A stretch of DNA of 64,000 bases from Neoechinorhynchus agilis (taxonomy: Eukaryota; Animalia; Acanthocephala), in NCBI GenBank assembly GCA_051530055.1, contig CM121341.1, forward strand, positions 5,620,784-5,684,783, in the 5' to 3' direction. The notes beneath the pieces are model-generated. The model searched no databases. It was not told where the DNA came from and was given only the letters and a program-made list of their open reading frames with translations. The translations under genes were made by a program, and so were the position numbers. This document shows positions 62,672 to 64,000 of the stretch, piece after piece (the stretch's first letter is position 1; each line of letters starts with the position of its first letter).

Positions 62672-63179
62672 ATTGTTTCTTATGGAAACTATTGAGATAT
62701 TTCGAAACAGGAAACCGCTCTAATCCGATCGATCAGGCAAAAAAAGAGGGGGGGAAAACTCGAACTTAATAATCCAACGGATACATCATCAGACAACCTT
62801 GGTTTAAGAAATCCGAAACCTCCTTGATTTCTGTGTCGATCCCAAAGAATGAGCAAGTCCTTGGCCGCTACCAAATAGTCCCGTGGCTTAATCCGGACCG
62901 GTCCTTTAGTCTCCGTTCGCCACTAAAGCCCTAGATTGCTCAATTTCTGCGACATGCAAGCGCGGTGCGGGGACAGCTTATAAATCCACGGAGCCCCAAA
63001 ACGATAGCCAGACACAATCGCCAAAGCCTACTGAATACTCTAATACGTAGGACCCTCGAAATCGAATTCCATCTCTCCTCAGGGCGGTTTAATCAGGTGG
63101 GAAAGAGGTCGCTCTGAGGAACTTCTCCTGTCGGAATACGATTGATTCGTATCGCTGTAATCTTCTTATAAACTCTCTA

Positions 63180-64000
63180 TTTGTTTGTTAGTTAACAAAA
63201 ATTGGACCCATTTGCCCGTTTGGGTCCGCTTTGTGATATTTAGAATACAACGGAAAAATAGGAGGACCCGTTTGGATCCTCTTAAGCGTTCAAGTTCAGA
63301 GTTGTTCAAAAAAGAAAAGCGTATCCGTTAAGATGGGAATATCCAGTCGGGAACGGTTCGTTCGGGTTCGATTGAGAATATCCAGTTGGGGAATTGGTGT
63401 TTATTGCTTCCGGGAGCGCTTGTAAGGTTGGATCTTTCCTCAGAATCATTTCAGATTAGGATATCCGAGAGACGATTGGGCGATGTGGAAAAAGGAGCGG
63501 AGGTATAGGAAGGTGCGAGGGAGAATGAAACGAATTAGGATTACGAGTGTTGTGCTCATGAGAAAAGGGGCCAATTATGGAAACATTAAATGTTTTTTAT
63601 GAAACATTTCAAGACGACGGATTTGAGATTTGGAAAGGTTGCAAAAGACGGGATAACCGTAGATGAGGACGGGTAAAATAAAGCAGAAGTAAAATTTGTA
63701 GAGATCGGGTGAAGGGACTCGAAAATGTCGGAGGCGTTTGAGGAGATAAATTTTAAAAGTGCTGTGCTTGAGGGAGATGAGGTTTCTCGTAGGATGTAAT
63801 TTAGAAGCTCTGGGGATGATGTGGGGTTGCGGAAGAGAGAAGGGATCATTTCGAAGCATTTAGAGAAATTGAGATCGAGTTTGTGATTGGTGCAGAAATC
63901 TTTTATGTGTGTGATTTCGTTAGAGGTTAAGGAAAGGGAGAGGTGGGGTGGTGATTGGGCGATGAGATCATCGGCGTATGAGAAGAGTTTAGAGTGGGAG
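63180..64000 (-). mobile_element. LINE 3' part of the same family, running off the window end
   Basis: LKHSTFKIYLLKRLRHFRVPSPDLYKFYFCFILP is almost identical to the 48559 ORF; YADDL on the minus strand near 63970. Confidence 0.85.

Overview
Eukaryotic (metazoan-type) AT-rich genomic DNA with compact, intron-poor genes; not prokaryotic, and the taxon cannot be determined from this window. Recognisable genes: a sacsin-like protein ending in DnaJ+HEPN, two inverted calmodulin-like EF-hand paralogs, a C1GALT1-like galactosyltransferase, an inorganic pyrophosphatase, three GTP-dependent PEPCK paralogs, an SLC2A/GLUT sugar transporter, a GTSF1-like CHHC zinc-finger protein, an APH/hydroxylysine-kinase-like gene and alpha-actinin. 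There are also LINE and RTE fragments, a MITE, four tandem arrays and a (GAA)n tract. Main finding: besides ordinary short GT-AG introns, several highly conserved genes are interrupted by 39-334 nt inserts that lack a usable GT-AG pair. These inserts share the junction pattern exon-T|R...T|A-exon and are closed by base-paired ends whose sequences differ between inserts. Removing them restores gap-free protein motifs (PPase WFRL|YKVP, actinin DGNL|KMTLG, EF-hand DRNDDGLITL|DE, GLUT LLT|KPINSVESMIVGR). This points to a second, structure-guided intron class, or alternatively TA-bounded DNA-level excision. Also notable: near-identical conversion-like tracts among PEPCK and calmodulin-like paralogs, AG acceptors directly before several ATGs, and a 69-nt gap between two PEPCK genes. 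Caveat: several single-base homopolymer frameshifts suggest residual assembly indel errors.
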